Source: an uncultured bacterium
GTDB taxonomy: Bacteria > Oederibacteriota > JAAXVQ01 > JAUVAV01
Length of the DNA stretch: 64,000 nt
Direction: 5' to 3'
Assembly (NCBI GenBank): GCA_963710755.1
Contig: CAVQBK010000003.1
Coordinates: 672,001-736,000 of the forward strand
Both the position numbers and the translations under genes were made by a program. Below the pieces are notes generated by a model. The model was not told where the DNA came from. It made no database searches and saw only the letters and a program-made list of their open reading frames with translations. Shown piece after piece: positions 27,906-38,352 of this stretch (its first letter is position 1; each line of letters begins with the position of its first letter).

Positions 27906-28685
27906 ATGAACAAAGCAGGAATGATGATGGTTACGCTCTTGATGGTCATTGGCGGAATGTTGCCGGTATTTGGCGCGGAAACAGCTCCTGTGGAAACGGT
28001 AGTTACCCAGCAGCATGTGGACCCATTATTGGCTGAAGCCAATAGTGCCTATGATCAACGCGGCCAGGAAGGGATGTTAACCAAGGCCGTGGAGACTTAC
28101 CAAACCATCCTTAAACAAGAGCCCGATCAGTATGAAGCCGGCTGGCGCCTTTGCCGGGCCTTGTTTCGGCTGGCTAACAAGACCAAGGATAATCAGCAAG
28201 CTTTAACCTATTTAGCTCAGGGCGAAGCCCTTGGAAAAAACTTGGCGGAAAAATATCCTGAGAGACGGGATGGCCTTTATTGGTACGGGGTATGCATGGG
28301 ACGGGCTGCGGAACGGCGGGGCATTATGAACAGTTTGTTCGCTATTGGGCCCATGCACGATATTATGGAAAAAATATTAAAACTCGATCCTCACGATGCT
28401 TTTGCCCATCATTTTTTAGGTATTCTATACCGCAAGGCGCCGGGTTGGCCCTTGTCTTTGGGCGACAAGAACAAGGCCTTGGAACATGGCCAGGCTGCGG
28501 CTATGTCCGAGCCGGGCAGCACCGTTATTTTGTTGGATTTGGGCAAGACCTATCTTGAGATGGGAAAGAAAGAAGAAGCTAAAAAATTATTTCAACAGAT
28601 TTTAGAAATGCCCGGGTTGGCGGATATGCAACCGGAAACTGAAGAAGATAAGGAAGAAGCCAAGATCTTGCTTGAAAAGATGTAA
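27906..28685 (+). CDS. exported TPR protein (TatT-like)
   Basis: Signal peptide; GILYRKAPGWPLSLGDKNKA motif; TPR helices. Confidence 0.75.
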   Translation: MNKAGMMMVTLLMVIGGMLPVFGAETAPVETVVTQQHVDPLLAEANSAYDQRGQEGMLTKAVETYQTILKQEPDQYEAGWRLCRALFRLANKTKDNQQALTYLAQGEALGKNLAEKYPERRDGLYWYGVCMGRAAERRGIMNSLFAIGPMHDIMEKILKLDPHDAFAHHFLGILYRKAPGWPLSLGDKNKALEHGQAAAMSEPGSTVILLDLGKTYLEMGKKEEAKKLFQQILEMPGLADMQPETEEDKEEAKILLEKM

Positions 28686-28781
28686 TTCACCGTTCCGGTA
28701 GTCATCGGGTCCGGTTTAAACAAACCTGCTTCCTAAAAGCGGCAGTGGGATAAAGTGGCCAGGAAGGCTGTCCGAATATTC

Positions 28782-29003
28782 TTACTGCCCATGCTTTTCA
28801 ATGATTTTTAAAGCCCGCGCCGTCTGGTTGGGATACAAGTCCAGAGGCACCTTGCCGGTTCCTACAACGGCGGCAGCTTTAAAGCGGGCACACTCCCGAA
28901 AATCGTTCCGGCAATATTTGTTAATATAAACCGTGGCCAGCACGGGCGCATTTTTAACGGTGGCCTTAAAAAAAGCGCATTTTTCTTTATATGGGCAGGT
29001 CAT
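28782..29003 (-). CDS. small four-cysteine hypothetical protein
   Basis: CxxxxxC..YC....CAR..VPLDLYPN; GGAGG RBS. Confidence 0.75.
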   Translation of the reverse strand: MTCPYKEKCAFFKATVKNAPVLATVYINKYCRNDFRECARFKAAAVVGTGKVPLDLYPNQTARALKIIEKHGQ

Positions 29004-29206
29004 GAAGGTAACCTCCGCAAAAATATCAGGGTTCGGTAGCAGGGCACAAGGCCCGAGGTCAAGAGGCTACCACGAGAAGAGGTCTCATATCCTAATTGAC
29101 GGTTTTAGCCGAAAAAAAATAAGTCCAAATAGATGAAAAAAAACGAAATAAAATGATAGGCATCCGGTCTAATTCTATGACTAATCGACAAAGGAACCGG
29201 ATCCTA

Positions 29207-29566
29207 ATGGAAAAATTATTGATTGTAGATGATGAAGCCTCCCTGCTAAGCGCCTTGGTAGCGGCACTGGAAGATGACTTTGAGATCAAAGTGGCCCAAA
29301 GCGTGGAGGAAGCTTTGCACCTGGTGAAAGATTTTAGTCCGGACGTCCTGCTTACCGATTATAAAATGCCGGGACAAAACGGCCTGACTCTGCTGCAAGC
29401 CTTGACCCATCATTCCCGCCCTATCAGGAAATATCTCTTTTCCGCCTGCCTGTCTGATGAAGAAAAGCGCCGGGTCATGGCCCTGGGTGTGCGCCTCTGC
29501 ATCGCCAAGCCTTTTAACGTCAAGGATCTGCGCCGTCTGCTCCAAGAAAAACCGGAAGCCCAATAA
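29207..29566 (+). CDS. single-domain response regulator (receiver)
   Basis: LIVDDE, TDYKMPGQNG, AKPF. Confidence 0.92.
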   Translation: MEKLLIVDDEASLLSALVAALEDDFEIKVAQSVEEALHLVKDFSPDVLLTDYKMPGQNGLTLLQALTHHSRPIRKYLFSACLSDEEKRRVMALGVRLCIAKPFNVKDLRRLLQEKPEAQ

Positions 29567-29639
29567 GGGAAATTGACTTGCCTTGGCATTCATGATAGGG
29601 TTTAAAAAATCCTGAAATGATGACACAAGGAGTCTTTCC

Positions 29640-30188
29640 ATGGTTATTCCTGATTTTATGATCCGCCAATTATCCCGAGAACATGGCATGATTGAGCCCT
29701 GCGCCGAACCCACCTCAGGCGGTATTGTGTCCTATGGTATTTCGTCTTATGGCTATGACATGCGTTTAAGCGACGAATTTAAAGTCTACCAACCGGACGG
29801 CCACAGGGTGGTGGACCCCAAGCAGGCCCGGTCCGAGGATTTTAAAGACTTTAAAGGCCCGGAATTGACCTTGCCGCCTCAGACCTTTTGTCTGGGCCGC
29901 TCCTTGGAATATTTTCGCATTCCCCGCAATGTGATTACGATCTGTACCGGCAAATCCACCTATGCCCGCTGTGGTGTGCTGGTCAATGTCACACCCTTGG
30001 AACCGGAATGGGAAGGCCATGTGACCATGCAGATTGTGAACACCACGCCCATGCCTGTCAAGATCTATGCCCAAGAAGGCATTGCCCAGGTGCTGTTTTT
30101 ACAGAGCGAAGCCATGCCTGAGGTTTCCTATGCGGACAAAGGCGGAAAGTACCAGGGCAGCAAGGGCATTACCTTGTCCAAAACCTGA
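29640..30188 (+). CDS. dcd: dCTP deaminase
   Basis: [32 protein letters not shown]. Confidence 0.96.
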   Translation: MVIPDFMIRQLSREHGMIEPCAEPTSGGIVSYGISSYGYDMRLSDEFKVYQPDGHRVVDPKQARSEDFKDFKGPELTLPPQTFCLGRSLEYFRIPRNVITICTGKSTYARCGVLVNVTPLEPEWEGHVTMQIVNTTPMPVKIYAQEGIAQVLFLQSEAMPEVSYADKGGKYQGSKGITLSKT

Positions 30189-30236
30189 GGCAGCCCGTGC
30201 TGTCATTAAGATCATCATATAAATAAGGATACACTA

Positions 30237-30854
30237 ATGGCTAATCCTGTGGTGGTAAGGGTTCTGCCTCTACCCAACATGCCTGTAGCTTTAATCCTGA
30301 CCCGATTGGGGTACAGGGAAAAAACCGCTGATAAACAACCAATCCTTGCCAAATATGAACCCCTGATTGCGCAGTATGCCCGGTCATTGAAAATTAGGTT
30401 ATTTTATAAATTCAAATCCTTTCATATCAGTGCAGAGGGCTGCGATATTGAAGGCTATCATTTTCAGAGCCAATTGATTCAGCAACGCTTTGCCGGCGTG
30501 CAGCAGGTGGTGCTTATGGCGGCTACCTGCATGCCCGAGGATTTCCATAAAATCAAAGATTATGAAGACCATGGGCAACTGGAGCAAGCGGTGATCCTTG
30601 ATGGCGTGCTCTCGGAAAAAGTCGACTGGGCCCTGGACTTCATGGAAAAAGAGCTGAGCGCTCAAATTAAACATCAAGGACTAACACCGGGCATGCGCCT
30701 GTCCTGCGGGTATGGGGACTTTGCCCTCAAGCATCAACGTTACTTTTATGAGGAACTGGACTTGGCGCAATACGGTGTCCGGCTTACACCGCAGTTTCTG
30801 TTGGTGCCGGAGAAAACCGTGACCGCCATGTTGCCTTTAAAACCGGTGGGATAA
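30237..30854 (+). CDS. stand-alone methionine synthase reactivation (AdoMet-binding)-like subunit
   Basis: RLSCGYGDFAL and LTPQFLLVPEKTVTA resemble the RFSPGY / P.KSV motifs; directly upstream of metH. Confidence 0.75.
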   Translation: MANPVVVRVLPLPNMPVALILTRLGYREKTADKQPILAKYEPLIAQYARSLKIRLFYKFKSFHISAEGCDIEGYHFQSQLIQQRFAGVQQVVLMAATCMPEDFHKIKDYEDHGQLEQAVILDGVLSEKVDWALDFMEKELSAQIKHQGLTPGMRLSCGYGDFALKHQRYFYEELDLAQYGVRLTPQFLLVPEKTVTAMLPLKPVG

Positions 30855-31087
30855 AAAGAACGGGCCGTCGCTTCGCGTACCCTGCGGGTGTATTTTTTCA
30901 TGCCACCAAGAGTGGGAACCCTAAAGCTATTTATCAACCAAAGTGACTTTTGGCAGTAAGAACGAACTCATTAATCCGGCAGGGGGAACCTTTATTCGCC
31001 CCGTCCGCTGCCAAACGCAAATCTGATAGAGGATGGCCATGTGGAACCCTTGGGAAAACAATTTTTTAAGATTAAATTGAGGACATT

Positions 31088-33496
31088 ATGAATCATTTCA
31101 TCCAAGACCGCTTAAAAGAAAAGGTACTGATTCTGGATGGTTCTACGGGAACCATGCTGCAGCAGCAAGGCATGCCTGCCGGCGTGGCCCCGGAGCGTTT
31201 TTGCCTTGATCAGCCGGAAGTGCTGCAACGCGTCCAACAAGATTACTTGGAGGCAGGATCAGACATTATTTATTCCGCCACCTTTGGAGCCAATCGGATC
31301 AAATTGAAAAATTTTGGCTTGGAGCAGGAGACGTATGAAATTAACCGTCGCTTAGCGGAGCTCTCCGGGGAAGTGGCTCATCGCCAAGGCAAATGGGTGG
31401 CCGGCAGTATTGGTCCAACAGGGGTATTTTTTAATCCTTTTGGCGAGGTCTCCGTGGACGAAGGCGTGGCTGTCTTTAAAGAACAAATTCAAGGCTTGGT
31501 GGCCGGCGGCGTGGATCTGTTGGTGATCGAGACGCAGATTGATATCCAGGAAGCACGCCTGGCCTTGTTGGCCGCCAAGGAGTGCTGTGACCTGCCGGTG
31601 ATGGTCTCCATGACCTTTGACGAAAAAGGCCGTACCCTCACAGGCAGTGATCCTCTCACTTGTCTGAATATCCTTCAATCCCTGGGTGCCAGCGTATTTG
31701 GCATAAATTGTTCCACCGGGCCGGAGCACATGCTGGAGGTGGTCAAGACCCTCAGGGAGGAGGCCGCTATCCCGTTGATGGTAAAACCCAATGCCGGGCT
31801 GCCGGTGATCGTCAAAGGGGAGACTGTATTTCCCATGGCCGCAACCGACTATTGTGTATTTTCCAAACCCTTTTATGATGCAGGGGTGAGCCTCATGGGC
31901 GGCTGTTGCGGCACTACGCCCGAGTATATCCGTCAGGTAGCCGAGGAACTCAAAGGCCTGGTGCCCAAAGTCAGCGCCCATGTCGGTAAGCGGCTGCTGC
32001 TCTCCAGTGCCCGGCAGACCATCACTGTGTCCGGTCGCGACCCCATCCGTGTGATCGGGGAACGCATTAATCCCACCGGCAAAGCCATTTTTCAGGAAGA
32101 GTTGAAAGCTGGCAAGTTGGACCAGCTAAAGCAGTTTGCCCAGGATCAGCAAGCCATGGGTGCCGCGGTACTCGATGTAAATGTGGGCATGCCCGGCCTG
32201 GATGAAAAGGCCATGATGCTCAAAGCGGTGGCGGAATTAGCGGTCATGTCGGAACTGCCCCTGTGCATTGATTCCAGCAACCCTGAGGTGCTTGAGGCGG
32301 CCCTGCGTTTTTATCCGGGCCGGGTGCTGCTCAATTCCCTGTCCGGTGAGCAGGAAAAATTGGAGCACGTGCTTCCTCTAATTAAAAAATACGGGCCTGC
32401 TTTTATAACTTTGCCTTTGGACGACCATGGTATTCCCGAGACTGCGGCCAAGCGAATCGAGGTGCTAAAGACAGTAAAAGCTTATTGTGAAAAGGCAGAG
32501 GTGTTGTTTCAGGATGTGGTGGTGGACGGTCTGGTTTTAACCGCTTCCTCCAGCCAGCAGGCGGCCCGGACTACACTCGAGACCATGGCCTATGCGGCGG
32601 GCACGTTGGGGCTTAATACGGTTGTAGGGTTATCCAATGTATCCTTTGGCTTGCCGGGCAGGGCCTATCTTAACAGCAGCTTTTTAGCCATGGCCGCGGC
32701 CCACGGGCTGTCCATGGTGATTGCCAACCCCTCGGCACCACTGTTGATGGAAGCCGTGGCCAGTAGCAATGTCTTGACCGGTCGCGACCCGGAGAGCCGT
32801 CTGTTTATTGAACGTTTCAGCAATCCGCAACATGAGACAACACCCAAGACCGCCTCTCGGAACCTTTCAGCGGAAGAACGGGTGCAGGCCGGCATAGTCC
32901 AGGGGGACAGGGACAACATTGTTGCCTTGGTGGAAGCTATGCTGGAAAAGGGATGGTCAGCTTTTGAGATTGTGGATCGTCTCATGATTCCAGCCATCCA
33001 GGAAGTGGGAGATAAATATAATAACCGCGTTTTTTTTCTGCCGCAGTTGATTGCTTCGGCAGAAACTATGGAAAAAGCCATGGCCTTTCTAGCGCCATGG
33101 CTGGAAAAGAGCGAGCGTGCTAAAAAAGGTCTGGGTATAATTGCCACGGTCAAGGGTGACATCCATGATATTGGAAAGAAAATAGTGGCTTTAATGCTGC
33201 GCAATCAGGGCTATGAAATCCTGGATTTAGGCAAATCAGTGGAGGAACAGACCATTATTGATAAAGCCCTGGAAACCAAGGCTGATTTTATCGGGCTCTC
33301 CGCCCTCATGACCACCACTATGACGGAAATGCCCAAAATCATCCAACTGGCCAAAGCCCAGGGCGTTAAAGCCAAAATTATTGTAGGCGGCGCTGTGGTC
33401 ACTGCCCGCTATGCCGAAGAGATCGGGGCCAATGCCTACGCCTTGGACGCAGGTCAGGCGGTTACGGTGGTGGAAGAAATGCTTAGCCATCGCTGA
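31088..33496 (+). CDS. metH: B12-dependent methionine synthase lacking the activation domain
   Basis: LDGSTGT, INCS, GGCCGTTPEYI, IGERINPTG, GDIHDIGK, SALMTTT. Confidence 0.95.
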   Translation: MNHFIQDRLKEKVLILDGSTGTMLQQQGMPAGVAPERFCLDQPEVLQRVQQDYLEAGSDIIYSATFGANRIKLKNFGLEQETYEINRRLAELSGEVAHRQGKWVAGSIGPTGVFFNPFGEVSVDEGVAVFKEQIQGLVAGGVDLLVIETQIDIQEARLALLAAKECCDLPVMVSMTFDEKGRTLTGSDPLTCLNILQSLGASVFGINCSTGPEHMLEVVKTLREEAAIPLMVKPNAGLPVIVKGETVFPMAATDYCVFSKPFYDAGVSLMGGCCGTTPEYIRQVAEELKGLVPKVSAHVGKRLLLSSARQTITVSGRDPIRVIGERINPTGKAIFQEELKAGKLDQLKQFAQDQQAMGAAVLDVNVGMPGLDEKAMMLKAVAELAVMSELPLCIDSSNPEVLEAALRFYPGRVLLNSLSGEQEKLEHVLPLIKKYGPAFITLPLDDHGIPETAAKRIEVLKTVKAYCEKAEVLFQDVVVDGLVLTASSSQQAARTTLETMAYAAGTLGLNTVVGLSNVSFGLPGRAYLNSSFLAMAAAHGLSMVIANPSAPLLMEAVASSNVLTGRDPESRLFIERFSNPQHETTPKTASRNLSAEERVQAGIVQGDRDNIVALVEAMLEKGWSAFEIVDRLMIPAIQEVGDKYNNRVFFLPQLIASAETMEKAMAFLAPWLEKSERAKKGLGIIATVKGDIHDIGKKIVALMLRNQGYEILDLGKSVEEQTIIDKALETKADFIGLSALMTTTMTEMPKIIQLAKAQGVKAKIIVGGAVVTARYAEEIGANAYALDAGQAVTVVEEMLSHR

Positions 33497-33692
33497 CCAA
33501 GGGTCGAAACTGCCTGGCAGGTGGGTTAGGGACCTGGGTTGCAATGGCAGTGCTTAAAAACGATCATCGTTAGTTCCCAGTACGGAGCGGCGAAAATGAA
33601 AAGAACGTTCTATCTAAAAAAATAAAACTATTTTTTTCAACACCAGGAACCAGGTGCTCCCGGAAGCTGCGTGCCAAGGAGAAGAGACGACC

Positions 33693-34802
33693 ATGCCACC
33701 TCGATTGTTTGTTGCCGCTACACATCAAAATGTAGGCAAAACCATGACCTCCTTGGGCCTCATGGGCAATCTCCTGAATCAGCACAAACATGTGGGCTAT
33801 ATCAAACCCGTGGGTCAACGCACCGTGGATGCTGAAGGTGTGCAGGTGGATGAAGACGCCCTGCTTATGGAAAAAGTATTTCATACTCAGGCTGATCTTC
33901 AGGATATGAATCCAGTGCGGGTAGGCAAAGGGTTTACCACAGCGTTTATTAATGAAGGCCGCAGTAATAAAAACCTGGAAAAGCAGATTATCGAGGCCTA
34001 CGAACGGCTCAGCAAGGGCCGGGATTTTGTGGTCATCGAAGGCACTGGCCATGCGGGTGTGGGATCAGTACTGGAGCTTTCCAACGCCCGGGTGGCTAAA
34101 ATATTGGAAGCCCCGGTGGTTATGGTGGCTCCCGGGGGTGTGGGCAGGCCTATTGACGAGGTGGCCCTTAATGCAGAGTTGTTAAAAAAAGAAGGTGTTA
34201 AACTGGCCGGGGTAATCATTAATAAAGTCAAGGCGCATAAATACGAACAGGTCAAAGACCTGGTTATCAAAGGCTTCGAGCGCCAGGGCATCAATGTGCT
34301 GGGGGTAATGCCCTATGATGATGTACTCAGCGCCCCCACCATTGGGGAAGTGAAACAGGAGATCAACGCACGCTTGATCAATGCCGATATACCCATCACC
34401 TTGCTGGAGCAGCCGGCCAGGCATTTTTTGGTAGGGGCCATGAGCGCACATCAAGCCCTGGATTATTTCAAACCAGGGTCCTTGATCATCACGCCCGGCG
34501 ACCGGGAGGATATTATTCTGGCAGCCATTGGCATGGCCATGTCGGAGGACGCCTTGGAGCGCACGAGCATGGTAGCGGCTATTATCTTAACAGGTCAAAC
34601 CATGCCTCATCCAGCCATTATGGAATTAATTCATCGGTCCCGTGTGCCGGTAATGACCTGTAGCAAGGATACGTATACAGTGGCATCCCAGATTCATGAT
34701 CTGCTGGTCAAGATCAGTCCGGAAGAAAAGGAAAAAATAGAGCATGCCATTAATCTGGTTAACCAGTACGTTGATTTGGAAAGCCTGTGGCGTGACTGTT
34801 AA
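33693..34802 (+). CDS. BioD-like P-loop + DRTGG protein (Pta N-terminal-like)
   Basis: NVGKT, YIKPVG, IEGTGH, ITPGDREDI. Confidence 0.85.
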   Translation: MPPRLFVAATHQNVGKTMTSLGLMGNLLNQHKHVGYIKPVGQRTVDAEGVQVDEDALLMEKVFHTQADLQDMNPVRVGKGFTTAFINEGRSNKNLEKQIIEAYERLSKGRDFVVIEGTGHAGVGSVLELSNARVAKILEAPVVMVAPGGVGRPIDEVALNAELLKKEGVKLAGVIINKVKAHKYEQVKDLVIKGFERQGINVLGVMPYDDVLSAPTIGEVKQEINARLINADIPITLLEQPARHFLVGAMSAHQALDYFKPGSLIITPGDREDIILAAIGMAMSEDALERTSMVAAIILTGQTMPHPAIMELIHRSRVPVMTCSKDTYTVASQIHDLLVKISPEEKEKIEHAINLVNQYVDLESLWRDC

Positions 34803-34964
34803 TTGTTGTTGTGACCTGGTTTAGAATAGACAGGGTGATAGGTTTAAACTGTGACAATCTGACAAAATAATTTTTTAATGCGTGTTTAAATCGAGCGTGC
34901 TATACTTTTATTTTATGGGTACCCCACTCCTGAAAAGGAGGTGGTGGTTTAGAAGGAGGCAGAA

Positions 34965-36389
34965 ATGGCAAGTCAGAAAGTAAAAATCATTTGGCTCACC
35001 ATGATTGTGCTGGCCGTAGCGGCGGTGGCGATTATTGCTTCGCTGGTATTGAAAGCACCTCGTTCCTGGGAATACCAGCGAAAAGCCATGGTCTCAAAAT
35101 ACTCCAAAATGTTAAAGTCTTCCGATCCATTACAACGTCGCGAAGCCGTCATGTCCCTAGGTGGTGTAGGGGATAAATCAGTGATCCCCAAGCTTCTCCA
35201 AGCCTTGAAAGACCAAGACCCTGGGGTCAGGGAAAATGCTTTGATTTCCATGCGTGCCTGGGGGGATGAACACCAGTTACCTGAACTCAAACCATTGCTG
35301 AAGGATGAGAACCCAGCTGTGCGAGCTGCCGCGGTGTATACGTTGGCCCGGTTGGGTGGCCAAGCCACTGCAGGGCAGGTAAAACCATTCTTACATGATC
35401 CAGCACCTGTGGTCCGGGAACATGCGGTGCTGGCCATGGGGCTTTTTGATGAAGCCGTAGCCATGCCCAATATTATTGCAGCCATGCAGGACAAAGATAT
35501 TCAAGTTAAACGTCGAGCCATTTGGGTGTTAATCAATTATAAAAGCCCGGAAGTAGTCAAACAGTTATTGAACGTTTTGGCCAGTCCGGAAGTACGCTTA
35601 CATGGAGACGCTGCCATGGCCCTTGGTCAGATTAAAGATCCAGCGGCAGTTCCTGACTTGATCCGCTATGCGGGTGATAAAAACGCCATTGGCCGGCGTT
35701 CAGCCATTATGGCCTTGGGCGGGATCGGTGACAGCCGGGCTGTGCCCGTACTGATTGCAGCTCTAAAGGAAAATAATCCGGATATCAAACGTGATGCCGC
35801 AGTCGCGCTGGGGCAACTACATGCCCGGCAATCCATTCAACCATTGTTGACATTGCTTAAGAATGAAACTTCCCAGGATTTGCGCGGCGTGGCGGCCTAC
35901 GCCCTGGGGGGCATTATTGATGACCGCAATCTTGATATCGTGAAGACCATGATGGACGATCAAGATCCTCTGGTGCGGGAAGCAGCAGCCAACAGTCTGA
36001 GCCGGATTAACAGCAAAGAAGCCAAGACGTTTATCACCACCCTGCTGGGCGACAAGGAAGAACGGGTACGCTGGGCCGTGGTTTCCGTTATCAATGAGCT
36101 CAACAATCCGGATTATTTTCCCTTGCTTAAGCAAGCCCTGAAAAAGGAAAAAAGTCCCTGGATTAAACAACAGATTGAACAAATTTTAGGACGGGCCGAA
36201 TTGATGGAGAACCAGGCAGCTATTCCGGAAATGCCCAAAGTTGACCTTGCAGTTGATCCTGCGGTGGAACAGGCCCACCAACAACAGATGGCCGTTACCC
36301 AGCAACCTCTTTCGACCGCTACGGCTCAGGTGAAATCGAAAAAACAAGCTGTTCCGGCCGGTAAAAACAGCCCGAAAAAGAAAAAATAA
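34965..36389 (+). CDS. membrane-anchored HEAT-repeat (PBS-lyase-like) protein
   Basis: N-terminal TM helix; repeated L.D....VR..A..ALG units. Confidence 0.9.
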   Translation: MASQKVKIIWLTMIVLAVAAVAIIASLVLKAPRSWEYQRKAMVSKYSKMLKSSDPLQRREAVMSLGGVGDKSVIPKLLQALKDQDPGVRENALISMRAWGDEHQLPELKPLLKDENPAVRAAAVYTLARLGGQATAGQVKPFLHDPAPVVREHAVLAMGLFDEAVAMPNIIAAMQDKDIQVKRRAIWVLINYKSPEVVKQLLNVLASPEVRLHGDAAMALGQIKDPAAVPDLIRYAGDKNAIGRRSAIMALGGIGDSRAVPVLIAALKENNPDIKRDAAVALGQLHARQSIQPLLTLLKNETSQDLRGVAAYALGGIIDDRNLDIVKTMMDDQDPLVREAAANSLSRINSKEAKTFITTLLGDKEERVRWAVVSVINELNNPDYFPLLKQALKKEKSPWIKQQIEQILGRAELMENQAAIPEMPKVDLAVDPAVEQAHQQQMAVTQQPLSTATAQVKSKKQAVPAGKNSPKKKK

Positions 36390-36491
36390 TCGACTGTTCC
36401 ACCCGATGGCAAATTGCCTGAAGTGATTGAACCCTTCAATGTAACTTTCCCTGCAGCTCTTAAAAACCTGATCGATCAAGGAGGAGGATTC

Positions 36492-38201
36492 ATGGGAAAC
36501 CCAATGCCCAGTGACCTGGAGATTGCCCAGCAAGCACCGCTCAAACCCATTACGGAAATTGCCCAAGCCCTGGGCCTTGAACCGCAAGAAATTGAATTGT
36601 ATGGTCAATATAAAGCCAAAGTAGATCTGAAAGCCATGACGCGACTGGCCAACCGGCCCAAGGGCAAATACATCGATGTCACAGCTATCACGCCTACGCC
36701 CTTGGGGGAAGGTAAGACCGTCACCACCATTGGCGTGTCTCAGTCTTTGGCCAAAATAGGCAAGTCCGTGATGACGTGCATTCGTCAACCTTCCCTGGGC
36801 CCGGTGTTCGGCATCAAAGGTGGTGCGGCCGGAGGCGGCTATGCCCAAGTCATCCCCATGGAAGATTTCAACCTGCATTTGACGGGAGATATCCATGCTG
36901 TCTCCATGGCCAATAATTTATTAGCTGCTTACATTGATTCCCATCTCATGCACGGCAATAAGTTGGATATTGATCCCCATTCCATCACTTGGCGCCGGGT
37001 GGTGGATATTTCTGATCGCGCCTTACGGCAAATTGTGGTGGGCTTGGGCGGCCGGGAAAACGGTACTCCCCGCGAAACGGGCTTTGACATTGCCGTGGCC
37101 TCGGAAGTAATGGCCATCCTGGCCCTGGCGCAGGATTTACAGGACATGCGCCGCCGTCTCGGCCGGATTGTGATCGGCACCAATCGTGCCGGCCAGCCGG
37201 TCACCGCAGAAGATTTAAAATGTGCCGGTGCCATGGCCGTGCTTATGAAGGATGCTATTAAGCCCACTTTGATGCAAACCCTGGAACATACGCCGGTTTT
37301 GGTTCATGCCGGACCTTTTGCCAATATTGCCCACGGCAATTCCTCCATCATTGCCGATGAATTGGGGTTGCGTCTGGCGGATTATGTGGTGACTGAAAGC
37401 GGGTTTGGTGCAGACTGTGGCTGCGAAAAATTCATGAACATTAAGTGTCGTTATTCCGGTCTGGTACCGGATGCGGTGATTGTCACATGTACCATCAGAG
37501 CCCTGAAAATGCACGGGCAGGCTTTTGAGGTCCGGCCCGGCAAACCTCTGGACCAGGACTTGGTGGCCAAGCCCAATGATGAAGCCCTGATTAAAGGCTG
37601 TGAGAATCTGAAGCAGCACATCCATGCTGTCCGGTTGCACGGCGTGCCGGTGGTGGTGGCTATCAACCGTTTTGCCAGTGATCATGATCATGAAATTGAC
37701 TTGGTTATTAAACAGGCCCTGGCTTATGGCGCCAGCGCGGCTGTGCCCTCCGAGGTGCATGCCCGTGGTGGCGAGGGTGGCAAAGCCCTGGCTGAAGCTG
37801 TGGTGGCCGCGGCCAATCAACCGAAGAACTTCAAATTTCTATATCCACTGGAAATGAGTATTAAAGAGAAAATTGAAACCATTGCCACCCAAATATACGG
37901 TGCTGACGGCGTGGATTATATGCCAGCCGCAGAAAAGAAAATTGCCCTGTATACAGCCTTGGGCTACGACCGTATGCCCCTATGCATGGCCAAGACTCAT
38001 CTTTCCCTCTCCCACGATCCCAAATTAAAAGGCCGGCCTACGGGTTTCCGGGTGCCCGTTCGGGATGTTCGCGCCTCCGTAGGAGCGGGCTTTCTCTATC
38101 CGCTATTGGGGGATATGCGTACCATGCCGGGATTGCCTTCCATACCTGCCGGCAATAATATTGACCTTACCGACGATGGCAAGATTGTCGGACTGTTTTA
38201 A
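36492..38201 (+). CDS. fhs: formate--tetrahydrofolate ligase
   Basis: TPLGEGKT, GIKGGAAGGGY, VHAGPFANIAHG, TMPGLP. Confidence 0.97.
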   Translation: MGNPMPSDLEIAQQAPLKPITEIAQALGLEPQEIELYGQYKAKVDLKAMTRLANRPKGKYIDVTAITPTPLGEGKTVTTIGVSQSLAKIGKSVMTCIRQPSLGPVFGIKGGAAGGGYAQVIPMEDFNLHLTGDIHAVSMANNLLAAYIDSHLMHGNKLDIDPHSITWRRVVDISDRALRQIVVGLGGRENGTPRETGFDIAVASEVMAILALAQDLQDMRRRLGRIVIGTNRAGQPVTAEDLKCAGAMAVLMKDAIKPTLMQTLEHTPVLVHAGPFANIAHGNSSIIADELGLRLADYVVTESGFGADCGCEKFMNIKCRYSGLVPDAVIVTCTIRALKMHGQAFEVRPGKPLDQDLVAKPNDEALIKGCENLKQHIHAVRLHGVPVVVAINRFASDHDHEIDLVIKQALAYGASAAVPSEVHARGGEGGKALAEAVVAAANQPKNFKFLYPLEMSIKEKIETIATQIYGADGVDYMPAAEKKIALYTALGYDRMPLCMAKTHLSLSHDPKLKGRPTGFRVPVRDVRASVGAGFLYPLLGDMRTMPGLPSIPAGNNIDLTDDGKIVGLF

Positions 38202-38352
38202 TAGCCGCCCGGAATACCCGGGCCAACCAAGGTGCATTTCACGTAGGGGACTATGCGGTTAATCGCATGGTAACTTGTATCTAATGCGAAAAGACCACAT
38301 TTGTTAAAAGGTCTCCAAGAGGATGTCCAGCCCGGAGGCAGTATTGAAAAAA

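Noticed and set aside
30905-30925. T-box-like AAGAGTGGGAACC
   Set aside because: Does not match GGTGGNACCGCG; no stem I or terminator/antiterminator follows
33500-33545. ZTP (pfl) riboswitch-like string GGGTCG..ACTG..CAGGTGGG after metH
   Set aside because: Lacks the closing CGACCC, the CCACC stem, the GGCG pseudoknot strand and the downstream CGCCTGGG
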